Below, piece after piece: positions 22,870 to 33,550 of a DNA stretch of 64,000 nucleotides. Numbering within the stretch: position 1 is the stretch's first letter; the number at the start of each line of letters is the position of its first letter. Under the pieces are notes generated by a model that searched no databases, had not been told where the DNA came from, and saw only the letters and a program-made list of their open reading frames with translations. This DNA is from Mobula hypostoma (Eukaryota). The stretch is taken from contig NC_086107.1 in assembly GCF_963921235.1 (NCBI RefSeq), positions 110,424,001 to 110,488,000 on the forward strand, read 5' to 3'. A program made the position numbers and the translations under genes.

Positions 22870-23389
22870 TAAACAGAGGAGATTCCGCAGATGCTGGAAA
22901 TGCAGAGCATCGCACACAAAATGCTGGAGGAACAGAACAGGTTGGGCAGCACCTATGGAGAGGAATAAAGAGTTAATGTCTCGGGCTGAGACCCTTCATC
23001 AGGGCCGGAAATGAAGGGGGCAGAAGCCAGAATAAGAAGGTGGGGGGGGGGAGGGGGAGGATTACAAGCTGACAGGTGACAGGTGAGGGTAGGTGGGGGG
23101 GGGGATGTGGGTGGGTGGGGGAGGGGGGAATGAAGTAAGAGAGCTGGGATGTGATAGGTGGAAGCGGAAGGAATCTGATGTAAGAGGCTGTATTTCAGAA
23201 AACAAGACACGCATTTTGAGTCATGGAGCTTGGAATTATAGCGGGTAGCCATGCATTTACTTTTGACTTCACTGGGTGAGGATCTGAGGGTCAACGGTCC
23301 AAAGATGAATAGCTGGATCACAGTAATAAAAGACAGAGGAAGGACGACAGCAAGTGGGTCTGCAAGAGAAAGAGACAGACACATACAGA

Positions 23390-23434
<45 letters not shown>

Positions 23435-23756
23435 CACAAAACTGGTCAGGTAGCATCTGCGGAGAGGAACAAACAGTCAATGTTTCAGGCAGAGACTCTT
23501 CATCAGGACTGGAAAGGATGAAGAACAGAAGCCAGAAGAATAAGAAGGAAGGGGGAAGGAGCTGAAGCTGGCAAGTGGTAGGTGAGAGCAAGTGAGAGGG
23601 AAGGTGGGTGGATGGGGTGGATGAAGTAAGAAGCTGGAAGGAGATAGGTGGAAGATGTACCGGGCTGAGGAAGGATCTGATAGGAGAACAGCGGGCCGTG
23701 GAAGAAAGGGAAGGAGGAGAGAAACCAGAGGGAGGCAATGGGTAGGTGAGGAGAAG
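22870..23756 (-). mobile_element. Two Penelope-like 3' ends separated by unique sequence and a CT/CA microsatellite
   Basis: Pseudo-LTR blocks at 22875-23005 and 23440-23512. Confidence 0.7.
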
Positions 23757-24356
23757 ACCATAAGATCATAAGACATAGGAGCAGAATTAGGCCATTCAGC
23801 CCATTGAGTCTGCTCCACCATTTTATCATGGCTGATCCCATTCAACCCCATACACCTATCCTCTCACCATATCCCTTGATGCCCCGACCAATCAGGGATC
23901 TATCAACCTCCGCTTTAAATATACCCACAGACTTGGCCTGCACCGCAGTCTATGGCAGAGCATTCCACAGATTCACCACTCTCTGGCTAAAAAAAAATCC
24001 TCCCTACTGCTTTTCTAAAAGGTCACCTCTCAATTTTGAGGCTGTGCCCTCTAGTTCTGGTTACCCCTACCATAGGAAACATCCTCCCCACATTCACCTT
24101 ATCTAGTCCTTTCAATATTTGGTAGGTTTCAATGAGATCCCACCCCCCGCTGCCTTCTTCTAAATTCCAGTGAGTACAGGCCCAAAGCTGCCAAACACTC
24201 CTCATATGTTAACCCTTTAATTCCCAGAATAATCCTTGTGAATCTCCTCTGGACTCTCTCCAATGACAACACATTCTTTCTGAGATAAGGGGCCCAAAAC
24301 TGTTGACAATACTCCAAGTGCGGCCTGAGTAGTGTCTGATAAAGGCTCAGCATTAT
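23757..24356 (-). mobile_element. CR1 3' fragment
   Basis: LYQTLLRPHLEYCQQFWAPY...LERVQRRFTR. Confidence 0.88.
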
Positions 24357-24844
24357 AAGTGAAGGAGTGAAAGGGTAATCAGAATGGGGAATGGAAAAAA
24401 AGAGAAGGGGGAGGAACTGAAATTAAAACTGGATGAATAGAGTTTTTGATGAAACCTCAGCAGGTGTTCTCAATGCACTGGGCATTTCCAGTGGTTTCTG
24501 CTTTATGGTTAAATTCAGGGCAGTGTTACTTGGCAGAGATGAAGACATGAAAATTGCAGTATTTGGAGATGACCATATTTAGAGGGTAGAGGTATCGAAT
24601 TTGTCAGTATAACTATCTGTGATGTCAAGAAGCTTGGGTAAGATAGAAAGTTCAAGTTCAGTTCACTTTCATTCAACTGCACACATGCATACCGCCAAAC
24701 GAGACAAAGTTCCTCCAGTCCAAGGCGCACAACACAGTACATATCACTCATGCACACAGCACGCAAAGTAATATTACCACAAATAAATGAACAAATAATA
24801 AGGAGCATTTACGACACAAGTTAAAAAGTAAACAGTATAATGCT

Positions 24845-25032
24845 ACACACATAAAAGTTGCTGGTGAACGCAGCAGGCCAGGCAGCATCTCTAGGAAGAG
24901 GTACAGTCGACGTTTCGGGCTGAGACCCTTCGACAGGTCCTGACGAAGAGTCTCGGTCCCTAAACGTCGACTGTACCTCTTCCTAGAGATGCTGCCTGGC
25001 CTGCTGCGTTCACCAGCAACTTTTATGTGTGT
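24845..25032. mobile_element. Head-to-head Penelope pseudo-LTR pair with perfect 71-bp inverted arms
   Basis: 24845-24915 is the exact reverse complement of 24962-25032; 46-nt spacer. Confidence 0.9.
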
Positions 25033-25609
25033 TGCTTGAAATTCCAGTGTTTGCAGTATAACGCGACTGGCTATTCAGACGTGATGAGACCTGGGTGTGG
25101 CAGGGAGATCAGTAGTCTTAGGGCCTGGGGGAGAAAGCTGTTTCCCATCCTAACAGTTCTTGTCCTAACACTACGGTACCTACTGCCTGATGGTAGGGGG
25201 TCAGAGAGACTGTTGGACAGATGGGAGGGATCATTGGCAATGCTAAGGGCACCGCCCCTGATAAATCTCTGATAGGTAGAAGAGAGACCTTGATGATCCT
25301 CTTAACAACCCTCACATTCCTTTGGAGGAACTTGTGGTCACATGCCTTGTAATTCCCACACCAGGCGGTGATGCAGCTGGTCAGGCCACTCTCGATGGTT
25401 CTTCCTCAAACATTGGTTAGAATGAGGGAGAGAGCCTCACTCGCCCTCAATGCCCACAGGAATGGAAAAATGATTTTTTTTTCATGCTATGGCGATCAAA
25501 AACAAGATGGCATAGGTTTAAGGTAAGGCGAAGGAGTTTTAAAGGGGATCTGAAAGGTAAGTACTGTATTTTTTTGCACAGAGAGAGGTTGATATCTGAA
25601 ATGTGTCCC

Positions 25610-25975
25610 TCTTCCCTCCGGGAGAAGGCTCAGGAGCTTGAAGACTCCTATGGCCAGATTTGGGAACAGCTTCCTTCCAACTGTGATAAGACTGCTGAAC
25701 GGATCCTGACCCGGCTCTGGGCCGTACCCTCCAAATATCCGGACCTGCCTCTCAGTTTTTTTGCACTACCTTACTTCCCATTTTTCTATTTTCTATTTAT
25801 GATTTATAATTTAAATTTTTAATATTTACTAATTTTAACTATTTTTAATATTTATAATATTTAATATTTGTAATCCAGGGAGTGTGAAGCGCAGAATCAA
25901 ATATCGCTGTGATGATTGTACGTTCTAGTATCAATTGTTTAGCGACAATAAAGTATAAAGTAAAGTAAAGTAAAA
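25610..25975 (+). mobile_element. Young Rex1-type LINE 3' end
   Basis: Near-identical to 7312-7612; (TAAAG)n tail. Confidence 0.8.
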
Positions 25976-26109
25976 GAGATGGTGGAATTGGATAGAATCA
26001 CTACACTTGCAAGGCACTTACACAGATAACACTGGATGACAAATTTTTCCATAAGTGTTGCTTCCTCAGAATTTTTTTTTGTTTATGGTAGACTGCTTGA
26101 AGCTGGACC

Positions 26110-26680
26110 ATCACCTTTGTGAGAACTGGAGAGCGACCAGAAGCCACCCACAGGGATCCTGGCACCCGCTCATGACTGGCAGCTGATGACTGACCTGAAG
26201 GAGCAGCTGAAGTCCTCACAGCGCAACGCCAAGAACAGCCTGAGACCAGACACGCCCCCTGGTCTCAGAGGCAGCGAAACATACCACCCTGCTGCAGCTG
26301 ACGGTGCTGCGGGAAGAGGCCCATGCGAGGAAGCTTGCCAGATACGAGGAACTGGTCAGCGGCCGTCGGAGGCAGGGGTGGAAGGCAAAGCGCGTTCCCG
26401 TTGAAGTGGGTTGCTGGGGCTTCCCTGGGCAGTCTCTTCACAGAGCCCTCAGCATCGCTGGTACAAGGAGACTAGAGAGGCATCACTGAGGCAGCAGAGA
26501 AGGCCTCGAGATGGCTCTGGATGAAGGGATCTGCAGCACATGCTACCTGAACACATGTTGTGGCTTGATCAACCACGGCTGGGTCACTTGGGCGAGGGTG
26601 TCTGACGTTGAAAGACCCGAAACACCCAATGACCCCGGTTTACATCACTGATGATGTGTTCGGAGCAACATGAGATGAAT
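26110..26680 (+). mobile_element. HERO-like (R2 group, restriction-like endonuclease) non-LTR 3' fragment
   Basis: DWQLMTDLKEQLK...LRPD...LLQLTV...EEAHARKLARYEELV...GWKA..VPVEVGCWGF...EAAEKASRWLW, with frameshifts. Confidence 0.8.
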
Positions 26681-26784
26681 TCTTCAAATCAGACTACTTG
26701 TACAAAGTAGGAATTTGAAGAAACAAGCAATTAACTTTTAATGAATACAATGCATTTAATTACATAACATTACCGCCACTTTTG

Positions 26785-26858
26785 TTTAGATTATGAGGAC
26801 ACGCAGTCCTCTTTTATTGTCATTTAGTAATGCATGCATTAAGAAATGATACAATGTT
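26785..26858 (-). mobile_element. 3' fragment of the YY1-head SINE-like family
   Basis: tagattatgaggacacgcagtcctcttttattgtcatttagtaatgcatgc. Confidence 0.8.
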
Positions 26859-26859
26859 T

Positions 26860-27469
26860 TTGCAATAGAGTAACTAAGCTAAAATGTTTTGTCAATGATT
26901 TTCATTTGTACTCAGTGTCTGAAGCTTCTCGTTTAAGTGTCCAACAATAACCAGGCAGCGTTGATGGATTCCAGTTGCCCTGACACCGTTTCCCCATGTT
27001 CACAATGTCCTGGTGAAACCTTTCACCGAGCTCGTCACTGACAGTGTCAAGATTTGCAGGGAAGAAGTCTAAATGGGAATGCAGAAAGTGAATCTTTAGT
27101 GACATGTTGCACTTCATGGTTTTGTATATTCGAAGCATGTTGTCAACCAGCTGCACGTAGGTTGGTGCTCTGTAGTTCCCAAGAAAATTTTCAACAGCAT
27201 CCTTGAATGCCTTCCATGTGATTTTGTCTGGTCTTACTGGAAATTCTTCGAATTGCCTGTCATTGATGAATTGTTTGATTCGTGGACCAACAAAAATCTT
27301 GGCATCTGTTACTCTGGCTTAAATTATGAACAGAAACAACAAATATAGACAATTTCAATAAAAATGGTACATGATAGGGAAATTTCATGGTGATTTTCAT
27401 GATCAGCAGCCCAAATTCCATAAGATACACCTAAAAGTATTCAGGAAGCATAATCTTTGTTGTCCAGTG
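26860..27469 (-). mobile_element. Chapaev3-like DNA transposon, internally deleted
   Basis: CNMSLKIHFLHSHLDFFPANL..VSDE.GERFHQDI...YCW; terminus CACTGGACAACAAA (read on the minus strand) flanked by TTA. Confidence 0.75.
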
Positions 27470-28629
27470 TTATTAAATAGGAATAGGGGAGAAGGATACC
27501 ATCCTAATGTGGGCACATGGACAGAAAGGGTGAGAATGGATGTTGTGGGGCAGATGGCCTGTTCCGGGCCGTACACTTCTATGAATGAAAAAACAGGATG
27601 ATTAAGTCGCTGTATCTTTCTGAAAAGTTGATTTGATCTTTAGTCTCCTTGTAAATGAAGTGCAAAGGAAGGTAATGAGGACGTTTGAGAACCTGTTGTG
27701 AAAGATCAGGTTAGAAGAGGGAAGAATGTGTCTGCAGTGACCTGCAGACCGACAGTAATTGCTCGCACCTCCAGTCCCAGCACACCCAGACAGCTTGCTA
27801 AACACTTTGCAGTGTTTTCTCCGGGGGTAAACCACACACTTCCCGTAAAGCTGTGCGGCCATGAAGACACAAAACAGAACGGTGTATTCTGACGCCATCG
27901 AGTGGGGGTCAGCGGAGGGAGAAGGGCTCCAACCACATCTAAGTGAGAAGGCTGCGAGCTCAAACCCAGCCCCAGCCAAAATGTAAGCTAAATCTCGGCT
28001 GGAGTACTGAGTGACTCCCGCAGTGTGGGAATCCAAATGCCTGGTTAAGGCATCAAACTCAGAGCCTTGTCTGCTCTTGTAGACTGTGTTAAATATCCCA
28101 TGCATGGTTTTGACCTGAATGATTTCCAGTATCGAATCATCAGCGGTTCTGAGGCTTCACCAGAAGGACGGCAGTGTTTCAGGTGAATGGGGTTGACAGG
28201 GAAAATAAACCAGCTATGATTGAATATGTAGGAGCAGATATGATGGGCTGAATGGCCTAATTCTGCTCCTACATCTTAAATCAAACAACACGGAATTCGG
28301 CTCTTCCCTGCACTATCCATGCTGATCACAGAGCTCGTTTGCTCTAATCCCACACGATCCCCATTTTTAATTCTCCGCACAAAACGTTCCCATCAACTCA
28401 TCCCAGATACACACTATGGGGCAATTTTCAGTGGCCAATTCTCTCAGTTTCTCTTCTTTTGAAATTTCTTCAGCCAAAGGGCCGTGAATCTGTCGGATCC
28501 ATTGCCACAGATGGCTGTGAAGGCCAAGTCATTGGGTATATTTAAAGTGGAGGTTGATAAGTTCTAGATTAGTAAGGACATCAAAGGTTATGGGGAGAAG
28601 GCAGACGGATGGGGTTGGTTGGGTGGGGC

Positions 28630-29000
28630 TCTTAGCTCCCAGTGGAGTATAGGCCATTGATAACCTTCGTCTCCATAGTCCTCTGTTCTGAGGCAGTTTC
28701 TTGTAAATGGACCAAGAGTGCCCTTATCTTCTAATTTTGATGTCTCTCCTCCACTTATTCTTTGGACGTCCTATTTTCCTCATTCCATTTCAATGCCTGC
28801 CTGGGGGTATTGTTAGCTGGCTTCCTCAGGGTGTGGCCAACCTACTTCCATTGCGTATTTGTATCCCCCTGGACTCCCGGTTGGAGATTTCCCAACAGTG
28901 TCTGGTTGGTTATGTTGTCAGTCCATCTGATGTTAAAGATTCTTCTGGCTGACAAAAGCCCACAGTTTTTGTAGTGTCTCCTCTGTTGTTCTCCAGGTTT
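28630..29000 (-). mobile_element. RTE-clade LINE 3' fragment
   Basis: RRIFNIRWTDNITN...VGHTLRK...ALKW...RKIGRPKNKWRR. Confidence 0.8.
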
Positions 29001-29006
29001 CAGAGC

Positions 29007-30985
29007 CAAAGAAGTAGCATACAAATTAGCCAGAGAAAGTGGCTCACCTGAGGACTGGGAGAAATTCAGAGTTCAGCAGAGGAGGACAAAGGGCTTAATT
29101 AGGAAGGGGAAAAAAGATTATGAGAGAAAACTGGCAGAGAACATAAAAACGGACTGTAAAAGCTTTTATAGATATGTAAAAAGGAAAAGACTGATAAAGA
29201 CAAATGTAGGTCCCCTGCAAACAGAAACAGGTGAATTGATTATGGGGAGCAAGGACATGGCAGACCAATTGAATAATTACTTTGGTTCTGTCTTCACTAA
29301 GGAGGACATAAATAATCTTCCAGAAATAGTAAGGGACAGAGGGTCCAGTGAGATGGAGGAACTGAGCGAAATACATGTTAGTAGGGAAGTGGTGTTAGGT
29401 AAATTGAAGGGATTGAAGGCAGATAAATCCCCAGGGCCAGATGGTCTGCATCCCAGAGTGCTTAAGGAAGTGGCCCAAGAAATAGTGGATGCATTAGTGA
29501 TAATTTTTCAAAACTCGTTAGATTCTGGACTAGTTCCTGAGGATTGGAGGGTGGCTAATGTAACCCCACTTTTTAAAAAAGGAGGGAGAGAGAAACCGGG
29601 GAATTATAGGCCGGTTAGCCTAACGTCGGTGGTGGGGAAACTGCTGGAGTCAGTTATCAAGGATGTGATAACAGCACATTTGGAAAGCGGTGAAATGATC
29701 GGACAAAGTCAGCATGGATTTGTGAAAGGAAAATCATGTCTGACGAATCTCATAGAATTTTTTGAGGATGTAACTAGTAGAGTGGATAGGGGAGAACCAG
29801 TGGATGTGGTATATTTGGATTTTCAAAAGGCTTTTGACAAGGTCCCACATAGGAGATTAGTGTGCAAACTTAAAGCACACGGTATTGGGGGTAAGGTATT
29901 GGTGTGGGTGGAGAATTGGTTAGCAGACAGGAAGCAAAGAGTGGGAATAAACGGGACCTTTTCAGAATGGCAGGCGGTGACTAGTGGGGTACCGCAAGGC
30001 TCAGTGCTGGGACCCCAGTTGTTTACAATATATATTAATGACCTGGAAGAGGGAATTAAATGCAGCATCTCCAAGTTTGCGGATGACACGAAGCTGGGTG
30101 GCAGTGTTAGCAGTGAGGAGGATGCTAAGAGGATGCAGGGTGACTTGGATAGGTTGGGTGAGTGGGCAAACTCATGGCAGATGCAATTTAATGTGGATAA
30201 ATGTGAAGTTATCCACTTTGGTGGCAAAAATAGGAAAACAGATTATTATCTGAATGGTGGCCGATTAGGAAAAGGGGAGGTGCAACGAGACCTGGGTGTC
30301 ATTATACACCAGTCATTGAAAGTGGGCATGCAGGTACAGCAGGCGGTGAAAAAGGCGAACGGTATGCTGGCATTTATAGCGAGAGGATTCGAGTACAGGA
30401 GCAGGGAGGTACTACTGCAGTTGTACAAGGCCTTGGTGAGACCACACCTGGAGTATTGTGTGCAGTTTTGGTCCCCTAATCTGAGGAAAGACATCTTTGC
30501 CATAGAGGGAGTACAAAGAAGGTTCACCAGATTGATTCCTGGGATGGCAGGTCTTTCATATGAAGAAAGACTGGATGAACTGGGCTTGTACTCGTTGGAA
30601 TTTAGAAGATTGAGGGGGGATCTGATTGAAACGTATAAGATCCTAAAGGGATTGGACAGGCTAGATGCAGGAAGATTGTTCCCGATGTTGGGGAGGTCTA
30701 GAACGAGGGGTCACAGTTTGAGGATAGAGGGGAAGCCTTTTAGGACCGAGGTTAGGAAAAACTTCTTCACACAGAGAGTGGTGAATCTGTGGAATTCTCT
30801 GCCACAGCAAACTGTTGAGGCCAGTTCATTAGCTATGTTTAAAAGGAAGTTAGATATGGCCCTTGTGGCTACAGGGGTCAGGGGGTATGGAGGGAAGGCT
30901 GGGTTCTGAGTTGGATGATCAGCCATGATCATAATAAATGGCGGTGCACCTATTTTCTATGTTTCTATGTTTCTATGTTTCTATA
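29007..30985 (+). mobile_element. Young 5'-truncated CR1 LINE
   Basis: Uninterrupted ORF2 segment; (TTTCTATG)n tail; 7-bp TSD tcagagc at 29000-29006 and 30986-30992. Confidence 0.96.
29008..30909 (+). CDS. CR1 ORF2 reverse transcriptase region, open but lacking the endonuclease and its start
   Basis: NYRPVSL, QHGF, YLDFQKAFD, GVPQGSVLGP, FADD and DLGV motifs, with no stops over about 630 codons. Confidence 0.93.
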   Translation, partial: KEVAYKLARESGSPEDWEKFRVQQRRTKGLIRKGKKDYERKLAENIKTDCKSFYRYVKRKRLIKTNVGPLQTETGELIMGSKDMADQLNNYFGSVFTKEDINNLPEIVRDRGSSEMEELSEIHVSREVVLGKLKGLKADKSPGPDGLHPRVLKEVAQEIVDALVIIFQNSLDSGLVPEDWRVANVTPLFKKGGREKPGNYRPVSLTSVVGKLLESVIKDVITAHLESGEMIGQSQHGFVKGKSCLTNLIEFFEDVTSRVDRGEPVDVVYLDFQKAFDKVPHRRLVCKLKAHGIGGKVLVWVENWLADRKQRVGINGTFSEWQAVTSGVPQGSVLGPQLFTIYINDLEEGIKCSISKFADDTKLGGSVSSEEDAKRMQGDLDRLGEWANSWQMQFNVDKCEVIHFGGKNRKTDYYLNGGRLGKGEVQRDLGVIIHQSLKVGMQVQQAVKKANGMLAFIARGFEYRSREVLLQLYKALVRPHLEYCVQFWSPNLRKDIFAIEGVQRRFTRLIPGMAGLSYEERLDELGLYSLEFRRLRGDLIETYKILKGLDRLDAGRLFPMLGRSRTRGHSLRIEGKPFRTEVRKNFFTQRVVNLWNSLPQQTVEASSLAMFKRKLDMALVATGVRGYGGKAGF

Positions 30986-33269
30986 TCAGAGCACTGGGAA
31001 TGAGAAGGATAATGAATCAGCCATGATGGAATGGCAGAGCAGACCTGATGGGCCAAATGGCCTAATTCTGCTCCTATGTCTTAAGGTCTTGTTGTGGTCT
31101 TCTCCTCTCTTCCATTGGGCAGAAAATACGAAAGCCTGAAAGCACATGCCACCAGGATCAAGGCGAGCTTCTATCCTGCTTTTATAAGACCAATGAACAG
31201 CCCTTTAATATGATTAGATGCACTATTGACCCACAATAAAACATAGTACAGTACAGGAACAGGCCTCTCAGCTCACAATGTTCTGCCAAACCAAGCAAAT
31301 TAGTCAGCAAATGGCCGACTAAACTAATCTCTCTGCCTGCACAATGTCCAAACCCTTCAATTTTCCTCACGTTCATGTGTTGACCTAAACGTGTCTTAAA
31401 AGTCTCTAATGTATCTGCCTCTACCACCACCCCAAGCACTGCATTCCAGGCACCCTCCACTCTCTGTGTGAAAAACTTGCCCCTCACATCTTTGCTTGGC
31501 ACAGCTTTGTGGGCTGAAGGGCCTGTATTGTGCTGTAGTTTTTCTATGTTTCTATCTCCTTTGAAATCATCCCTGCATACCTCAAAAGCATGCCCTCTGG
31601 TATTAGAATCTACCTAATTATAATCTTGCACCTTATTGCCTACCTGCACAGAATTTCTCTGTGTTCTTCTGGCTCATTATCTTGTTCTATCTCATTGTAT
31701 TGTGGAATAAATTGATCTGTATGCAAGGCAAGCTATTTGCTGAACCTCAGTAACAATAATAAACCAATTCCAATTAAATTTTTCAATTCCAGTCCCCTCA
31801 TTAGAGGAAGGATGTGCAGACTTTAGGTGTAGAGGAGATTTTCCAGGATGCTGTCTGGATTACATAACATATCTTATGAAGATAGATTGAGCGAGCTTGG
31901 TCTTTTCTTTTTAGAGTCGAGGAGGATGAGAGGTGACTTGATTGAGGTCAGAATTGGGTTTAATATTGCAGGCATATGTCGTGAAATTCGTTAACTTTGT
32001 GGCAGCAGTACAACGCAATACATGATAAGTCTAGAAAGAATCCGAACTACAGCAAGTGTATGTGTATGATTAGATAGTTAAATTGAGATAAACAGTGTAA
32101 AAAACAGAAATGTGAAGAAAGTACCTTGCTGAAGGGTCTCGGCCTGAAACGTCAATCGTACGTTTTTCCACAGATGCTGCCTGGCCTGCTGAGTTCCTCC
32201 AGCATTTTGTGTGTGTTGTTCGGATTTCCAGCATCTGCAGACTTTCTCTTGTTTGTAATTAAAAAAAGTAGTGAGGTAGTGTTCATGGGTTCGATGTCCA
32301 TTCAGAGATCGAAAGGCAGAGGGGAAGAAGCTGTTCCTGAATCTCTGAGGAACCTGTACCTCCTCCCCAATAGCAGTAGCACTGAGAAGAGAGCATGTCA
32401 TGAAATTTGTTGATTTGTGGCAAACCATAAATTATAATAAGTACTATATACATAAATAAATTAAATTAAATATATAGTGCAAAAAGAAGAGGAAAAACTG
32501 CGGAGGGAGTGTTCATGGATTCATTGTCCATTCGGAAATTGGATGGCAGAGGGGAAGAAGCTGTTCCTGAATCGTTGAGTGTGTGCCTTCATGCTTCTGT
32601 ACCTCCTCCCTGACGGTAGCAATGAGAAGAGGGCATGTCCTGGGTGATAGGGATGACGGATGCTGCCTTTTGAAGGTATCCTAGATGCTTGGTATAAGAT
32701 GATAAGAGGCAGTGACGGAGTGGAAAGCCAGAGCCTTTTCCCAGGGTGTCAATGGCTAACACGAGGGGGCATAATTTTAAGGTGATTGGAGGAAAGTACA
32801 GGGGGGATGTCAGAGGTGGGTGTTGTTGTTTTTTTACACAGTGAGTGTGGTAAGTGTATGGAAGATCCTGTCAGGGATGATGGTAGAGGCAGATATTATT
32901 ACGGACATTTAAGAGGGTTCTAGATGAGAGGAGAATAAAGAGTTACGTTGGAGAGAAGGGATAGAGTGATCTTGGAGTAGGTTAAGAGGTCAGCACGACA
33001 CCTTGGGTTGAAGGGTCTGCACAGTGCTGTACTGTTTTATGTTCTATGTACCGTATTCTAAGTATTAATTCAAAATCTGAATAATCTATCAACCCACACA
33101 CCTTTGGAAAGTGGGAAGAAGATGAAGCAGACAAGGGAAGCCTACTGGGTGACGGGGAGAACATGCAAACTCCACACAGAGAGCGTGGGAGGTGGGGATT
33201 GAACCTGGATTTCTGGCATTGGGAGGCAGCAGTGTTATGGGCTGAACACCTGCCCTGTGTAATAAACAC

Positions 33270-33550
33270 CAGCACCGCCAACGGACACCATCGACGTCGG
33301 CTCTGAAGTTGAACGAGATGCCACCCCATCCTTTCCCGTTTTGTGGCACCCCTCGTGAGAGGTGGGAACGGGTAAGGCCGGCCAACAGGGCTCTGGTGAA
33401 GCTCTATAAACCAATCCCCTGTACCGTGGACACAATGGATTACAGAAACATCGAGGAACTCCAACCATACCATTGACTTTGGACGATGGAGATGGGAGAT
33501 CATCGATGGCCTAGGCTCCACTGGGAGCCAAGGGCCCGAGTAAGTCAGCA
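33270..33550 (+). mobile_element. Short non-autonomous element with an RTE-type 3' end
   Basis: Tail ggcctaggctccactgggagccaag matches the reverse complement of 28631-28655. Confidence 0.55.

Noticed and set aside
26596..26660. Hammerhead-like words (gggtgtc, cgaaacaccc, ctgatga) in the HERO 3' UTR
   Set aside because: The order and spacing do not give a valid three-stem hammerhead junction.
27602..28105. 167-aa minus-strand ORF in seemingly unique DNA
   Set aside because: No recognisable domain, and it crosses what looks like an old SINE head on the opposite strand (27930-28030).
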